The position numbers and the translations under genes are program-made. From Nanobdellati archaeon (GTDB taxonomy: Archaea; EX4484-52; GLR71), in assembly GCA_019429125.1 (NCBI GenBank), contig JAHYJO010000018.1, positions 1 through 21,730 on the forward strand: DNA of 21,730 bases. Direction: 5' to 3'. Below the pieces are notes generated by a model. The model made no database searches, had not been told where the DNA came from, and saw only the letters and a list, made by a program, of their open reading frames with translations. This document shows positions 17,098 through 21,730 of this stretch, in pieces; positions within the stretch are counted from its first letter, which is position 1; every line of letters starts with the position of its first letter.

Positions 17098-17144
17098 AAT
17101 TAATCCCTCTATAGTGATTATTTTGTAAAATACTCGATGTTTTT

Positions 17145-17250
17145 AGATACCTTTATAATATTTTTTGTAAAAAGCGAAATAAATTTATAAAGCTTTCTAA
17201 AAATAGCGTAAGCTTTATATACTTTTTGGGATTTATAAGTGTTTGGGTTT
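17145..17250 (-). promoter_or_regulatory. Stacked BRE-TATA candidates upstream of tfb with a 10-bp inverted repeat
   Basis: On the - strand: AAAAAGTATATAAA (17227-17214), AAAAAATATTATAAA (~17166-17152) and CTTATAAAT (~17239-17231). Inverted repeat TATAAAGCTT (17186-17195) / AAGCTTTATA (17210-17219). Confidence 0.5.
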
Positions 17251-17355
17251 GGCGGTATATTGGTATAGTGCGATATAAATTGTCATATTTTACCTATATT
17301 AACCTACTTAGGTGGTTACTCATTTATATATGGGCTGTATATTTAATTCAATTAT

Positions 17356-17697
17356 ATGTCAAAAGTCAAGCATATATTTGATACATTGAAAATCGGTGCG
17401 GGTATTATTGGTGCTAAAGAGGGTATTGAGTATGTTAATGGTGGTGGGGGTTTTGATACTATGTTTGAGAACATATATATGTCTGTTGTTGATGGTGGAG
17501 AGATACTTTATGGATTTTCAAATTCAAGTATAGATTATCTTAGCACTATTTCTAATAATGAGCTTATGATGGGTTTTGGGATTGGTGTGATATCTAATAT
17601 TGCTGCAGGGTTTATTAAAAGTGAATATGGAAGCATTACTAATCTTATCAAGCGCAAGAGGCTTAAAGAAGAGCCAATCTACAGTAGGTTTAGGTAG
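17356..17697 (+). CDS. Hypothetical protein, possibly membrane-associated
   Basis: 113-aa ORF. TTTATATA lies ~25 nt upstream of the ATG, consistent with a leaderless transcript. Two Gly-rich hydrophobic segments and a basic tail; 19-nt convergent overlap with the glycosyltransferase. Confidence 0.6.
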   Translation: MSKVKHIFDTLKIGAGIIGAKEGIEYVNGGGGFDTMFENIYMSVVDGGEILYGFSNSSIDYLSTISNNELMMGFGIGVISNIAAGFIKSEYGSITNLIKRKRLKEEPIYSRFR

Positions 17698-18812
17698 ATA
17701 TCTTTTGTATTTTTTGCGATATTTGTCCATGAATAGTTTTTTGATGCGCATTTTCCGTTTTCAGACAAAGTAGTTTTTAATGTTTCATCTTCCAGTATTG
17801 ATGATATTGCATTCTTTAGTGATTCTGAGTTGCGTTTCTCTATCTTTAATATGTCAATTCTGTCTGTAAGGTCTTCAGCTATTCCTGCGTCTTTTGTTGT
17901 TATTGCAGGTGTGCCGACTGTAAGTGCGTCAAGGATTGATATGCCAAAAGGTTCGTATATTGAAGGTGCAACCACTATTTCTGCCTTGTGGTAATATTCT
18001 TCTATATTTTCTATAGGTATGAAGCCTGTGAATTGAATCGAATTGTCTATGCCTAAGAGCTGAGCAAGGTCTTTTAATTGTTTTTCCATGTAACCTTTAC
18101 CTATTATTACAAATTTTGTGTTAGGGTGGTTTTTCAATATATCTTTTGCTGCAAGAAGTAGATATTCCACACCTTTTTGGCCTGCTAAACGTCCGCAATA
18201 GACAATTAGATTTTTTTCTTTTTCTGTGTTTTTTGTGCCGTCTTTGAATGTCGGGCCGTTTGGTATTACTGTTATTTTATCTTTTGGCTTATTGTATCTG
18301 TTTATGATTTCTTCTTTCATTAATCGGCTTACTGTTATTATGTTGTCTGCATCTTTAATTCCTTTTTCTTCGATTTTACTGATGTGTCCTTGTGATTGCG
18401 GGTTATCAATTATGGTCCTCATGTATTCTAAAGAATGGACTGTTAATATCAATGGTATGTTTAGACTTTTTTTTAGGGCGATACCTGCCTCGATACCTAA
18501 CCAGTCGTGGACATGGACAATGTCTGGCTTAAAGCGGGTGGTTGAAATCTTATTGTTGTAGATTTCAACAGATGTTATCAGGTCATCTGTAGTATTTTTG
18601 CCTATCTTTGTGTCTATCGGATGTATCTTGATGTTATCTGGACATCGGTTCTGTTCGGGTATGTTCATCTTTGGCAGAAAAAGGTCAATATGAATGTCTT
18701 TATGGGTTGACAGAGCACTTGTAAGGTTGTATATGTGTGTGTCAAGACCACCCTCAATATGTGGTGGCCAGCCCCAACCTACCATGAGGATTCTTGTGGT
18801 TTTTGGAACCAT
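17679..18812 (-). CDS. GT4-family (GT-B) glycosyltransferase
   Basis: WPPHIEGGL, DIVHVHDW, TVHSLE, VIPNG, GRLAGQKG and PSIYEPFGISILDA. Confidence 0.93.
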   Translation of the reverse strand: MVPKTTRILMVGWGWPPHIEGGLDTHIYNLTSALSTHKDIHIDLFLPKMNIPEQNRCPDNIKIHPIDTKIGKNTTDDLITSVEIYNNKISTTRFKPDIVHVHDWLGIEAGIALKKSLNIPLILTVHSLEYMRTIIDNPQSQGHISKIEEKGIKDADNIITVSRLMKEEIINRYNKPKDKITVIPNGPTFKDGTKNTEKEKNLIVYCGRLAGQKGVEYLLLAAKDILKNHPNTKFVIIGKGYMEKQLKDLAQLLGIDNSIQFTGFIPIENIEEYYHKAEIVVAPSIYEPFGISILDALTVGTPAITTKDAGIAEDLTDRIDILKIEKRNSESLKNAISSILEDETLKTTLSENGKCASKNYSWTNIAKNTKDIYLNLL

Positions 18813-18835
18813 ATCAATTTATTTGACTATTAAGA

Positions 18836-19372
18836 TTAAAAATCTATAGTTTTTATGAACTCGTCGACTTTTTCGTAAAGTTTATCCAAAGTGTCGTTGT
18901 TTTCAATATCATAGTCTGCCATCTCGAGCACGTCACCCATACCTTTGTTTTTCCTGTCACGTTCGTCACGCGCAAAAAAATCAGTCTCAGTTTTAGGGTC
19001 TTTTTCGGAGCGTCTTTTGTATCTTTTGTCATCATCTGCTACAATGGATAATAGGATAAAATGTGATGATTCCTTTTTGAAAAGGTCTGTCTCTTCTGGG
19101 CTTCTCACCCCCGATATTATCGATTTTGGGAACTTTTTAGCTTTTTCAATGGTCTTTACGGCAACTATATCGTTGCCGTATTCTTTTCGCATTGCATCTC
19201 CTACATGAGATAAGTTATCTTTTGTTATTTCCAAGTTTCGTTTCATACATTCGCTTTTAAGCATGTCACTCATGGTAAATACTTTGAAATTGTATTTATC
19301 TGCAATGTAATCTGCGACGGTGTCTTTACCGGCTCGCGCAAGACCTGTTATGCCTATTATTATATTTGACAT
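18836..19372 (-). CDS. P-loop kinase, dephospho-CoA/nucleoside monophosphate kinase-like (UPF0200 type)
   Basis: IIGITGLARAGKDT Walker A, SGVRSPEE, RYKRR lid and ADYDIEN. Confidence 0.85.
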   Translation of the reverse strand: MSNIIIGITGLARAGKDTVADYIADKYNFKVFTMSDMLKSECMKRNLEITKDNLSHVGDAMRKEYGNDIVAVKTIEKAKKFPKSIISGVRSPEETDLFKKESSHFILLSIVADDDKRYKRRSEKDPKTETDFFARDERDRKNKGMGDVLEMADYDIENNDTLDKLYEKVDEFIKTIDF

Positions 19373-19397
19373 CTGAAATCACTATTGATTTTTGTGA

Positions 19398-19949
19398 TTA
19401 AATGTTTTTAAGCTCTTCGCATTCTTGGCAGATCCATCTATTTTCAAAATTTCTTAATTCATCTGAATAGTTGCCACAATCTTCACAGATTCCATCACTT
19501 AATATTCTTTCTGTTACAGGGATTATTTCACGTTCTGATTCTTTTTCGTAGAGGTAATTGACGATTGCTGGTATTGTCTTTAGCATGTCTGTCTTTGTGA
19601 TTATTCCTTTCAGGTTTCCTTCACGGTCAAGAATTGGTATTCTTGAGACATTGTTTGCACCCATCTTCATTGCGACATCTGTCAACAGTTCATCAACTTG
19701 CGCTGTTATCATACTTGAACTCATTATATCACGTACTTTGACATCTATTGGTGATAGATTTTCTGCCACTACTTTTTTTACTATATCATCAAGAGTGAGG
19801 ACTGCAACTGCATTATCGTTTTCAATAACTATAAGGCCTGATACGTTTTTTTCTCGCATCATATGTGCAACAGTCTGGATGTTTTCATCAATATCTATTA
19901 CAAATACGTTTTTGGACATGATTTCTGAAACTTTTACTTGTTCTGGCAT
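19398..19949 (-). CDS. CBS-pair protein with C-terminal zinc ribbon
   Basis: VSEIMS, VRDIMS and LKGIITKTD CBS motifs; C-terminal CEDC...CQEC. The ATG at 19949 follows SD AAGGAG. Confidence 0.9.
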   Translation of the reverse strand: MPEQVKVSEIMSKNVFVIDIDENIQTVAHMMREKNVSGLIVIENDNAVAVLTLDDIVKKVVAENLSPIDVKVRDIMSSSMITAQVDELLTDVAMKMGANNVSRIPILDREGNLKGIITKTDMLKTIPAIVNYLYEKESEREIIPVTERILSDGICEDCGNYSDELRNFENRWICQECEELKNI

Positions 19950-19950
19950 A

Positions 19951-21177
19951 TTAGTCAACTCCTTCAAAATATATTGTCTGTCTTCTGTTTTCTTGCATAT
20001 TGTGTATTATTTTTTCTTGTGACTGAATGACTAGACGTTCTATCTTATCCATCAGCTGGCCGAATGCATCACGCATGTCCCAACTATCATGACTTGCTAC
20101 AAAGATGTGTTTAGCTGTGGAAAGACGGCATCTTAAACTGTATTTAATCCGTTTGCCTTCAATGTTATATGTCTTGACATGGACTGAAAATGCATTTATA
20201 TCTGTCTTTTTTGAAAGCTTTGAAGCTGTCTCTTCAATCATGCGATACATTTCCCTGAGATAAAAATTATCAAGAACAATATTTCTGGCGCCAGATATCC
20301 ATATGAGCATTGTCTTTTTTTCGACAAGATCGCTTGTGTGGCGAACAATGTCTTTTGGTGTAATTATGCCTATTAATCTGTCATTTTCTTTAATGAGGAC
20401 TGTAGGTATGGGTCTTTCACCTTTTGATGTGTAAATATCTGAGATTTTATCGTCTGGGTGGCCAATGACCATTTCTGTTTTCATAAATGATGAAATATTT
20501 ATTGTCTTGTCAGATATCTTTTGTGAAATATAGGAATGACTGTCAACTGTTGACCCTTTACCGGAGGGTGATATCTCCATTAAGCCACCATAACTCTCTT
20601 TTAGAGTTAGGATATGTCCTATTATGTCTTTTGATTCCACAAGTCCTTTGATTATTCCATCTTTGTTTAGTATGGGGATGTGGCTTATGTTGTGTTCGCG
20701 CATGATTTGAAGCGCTTTTGCAAGAGTCTCGTCATCTTGCATTGTTATAGGTTTTGGTGACATTATGTCTTGCGCTCTTATCTCTTTGAATATCTTTGAG
20801 TTGATTGCTTCTTTAACTATATCTGATTGAGTTATCACTCCTCTCAGTGCGTCATCATCACCTATCGGGATAATTTTAAGATTGAGTTTGTGCATCTTAT
20901 CTGCTATTTGCGGAAGAGTTGTGTCGGGGGGTATTATTGGAGGTCTTTGGATGTATGGTTTTATTGATATTTTTTGGATATCTTTTCCGTAAATGCTGAA
21001 AAGTTGTCTGTAACTGAAGATTCCTTTGTATTTTTTTTTTGAAAGGACAATCAAATTTTTTATGTTGTTGTTTCTAAGCTGTGTTATTGCATCATTTACT
21101 GTTGAACTTTCATCAATAGTTACAATTGTCCGGGACATAATATCGATAGCATTAAAACTAGATATATCATCAATCAT
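19951..21177 (-). CDS. Four-CBS-domain protein with C-terminal HPF/RaiA-like domain (probable archaeal ribosome hibernation factor, HibA type)
   Basis: Four CBS repeats (DIMS, GVITQSD, DIMSPKP, GIITPKD), then a ~95-aa beta-alpha-beta-beta-beta-alpha domain (SVHVK...KYSLRCRL...FVAS..SWDMRDAF..LMDKIER). The ATG at 21177 follows SD GGGGTGG. Confidence 0.8.
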   Translation of the reverse strand: MIDDISSFNAIDIMSRTIVTIDESSTVNDAITQLRNNNIKNLIVLSKKKYKGIFSYRQLFSIYGKDIQKISIKPYIQRPPIIPPDTTLPQIADKMHKLNLKIIPIGDDDALRGVITQSDIVKEAINSKIFKEIRAQDIMSPKPITMQDDETLAKALQIMREHNISHIPILNKDGIIKGLVESKDIIGHILTLKESYGGLMEISPSGKGSTVDSHSYISQKISDKTINISSFMKTEMVIGHPDDKISDIYTSKGERPIPTVLIKENDRLIGIITPKDIVRHTSDLVEKKTMLIWISGARNIVLDNFYLREMYRMIEETASKLSKKTDINAFSVHVKTYNIEGKRIKYSLRCRLSTAKHIFVASHDSWDMRDAFGQLMDKIERLVIQSQEKIIHNMQENRRQTIYFEGVD

Positions 21178-21538
21178 AATCAATCCACCCCTTGAAGTTT
21201 TTATGTTATACATATAGTTTTTGAATATTAAAAATGTGTGGGTCATTTTATGTGAAACGCAGTTTTTTTTGGTTTTATAGCACGGTGCAGTATCTAAAAC
21301 AACAGATATCCAAACATATACTATTATTTATGAATACTTTTTTTGGTTATGTCCTCTATAAATTGTGATTTTATGAAAAAAAGAGACCTGAAGGTCCATA
21401 AAAATCAAATGAATGGGAACGGATTGTATATAGTATTTGATAAAAAATAAAAAATGACTATAAATCTTTTTTTGTACTTGTTTAGCTAAATTTTGTCTTA
21501 CTTGCTTACGATTTTTTTGATAGGGTCAGTATTTGTTG

Positions 21539-21666
21539 AAATATTTTTAAGTTATAATTTTCTACGTTACTTGCAGGCTATCGATTTTACAAAAAAGGGT
21601 AAATATTTTTTAACAAAAATTAACTACACATTTTCAAGCTGTAGCTATTGATTTTATAAAAAGTAT
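21539..21666 (+). repeat. Degenerate two-copy tandem repeat, ~62-66 bp unit
   Basis: Copy 1 (21539-21600): AAATATTTTTAA...CTAC...GCTATCGATTTTACAAAAAAG. Copy 2 (21601-21666): AAATATTTTTTAA...CTAC...GCTATTGATTTTATAAAAAG. Confidence 0.4.
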
Positions 21667-21730
21667 AATGTATGTAAGTTACATCATAATGGTCGTAGCA
21701 TGCCGATTATTTTTTTGCTAAACAAGTACA

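Noticed and set aside
21539-21666. CRISPR array
   Set aside because: Only two degenerate units, with no identical repeats, no unique spacers and no cas genes.

Overview
This AT-rich window looks archaeal: it carries TFB, aRF1 with NIKS/GGQ motifs, RNase P proteins Rpp30 and Pop5, a HemK2-type methylase, BRE/TATA promoters and GGAG/GGTGA Shine-Dalgarno sites. The gene content suggests a DPANN-type archaeon (inference, no search run). From left to right: the 3' end of a probable IS1634-family element abutting a truncated gene; a site-2 protease; a release-factor methylase; a divergent five-gene module of unknown function (857-aa split metal-binding TIM barrel, two small paralogues, a small membrane protein, a 653-aa helical protein); aRF1; a NYN nuclease; rnp2/rnp3; an operon of degenerate RimK, intact RimK and a MscS-like protein; a soluble MtrA (cobamide-binding)-thymidylate synthase fusion; tfb; an orphan ORF; and an operon of CBS4-HPF-like hibernation factor, CBS-Zn ribbon protein, NMP/dephospho-CoA-like kinase and GT4 glycosyltransferase. 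The two best leads are the MtrA-ThyA fusion and the unknown TIM-barrel module lying between the two translation-termination genes. No rRNA, tRNA or CRISPR array was seen.
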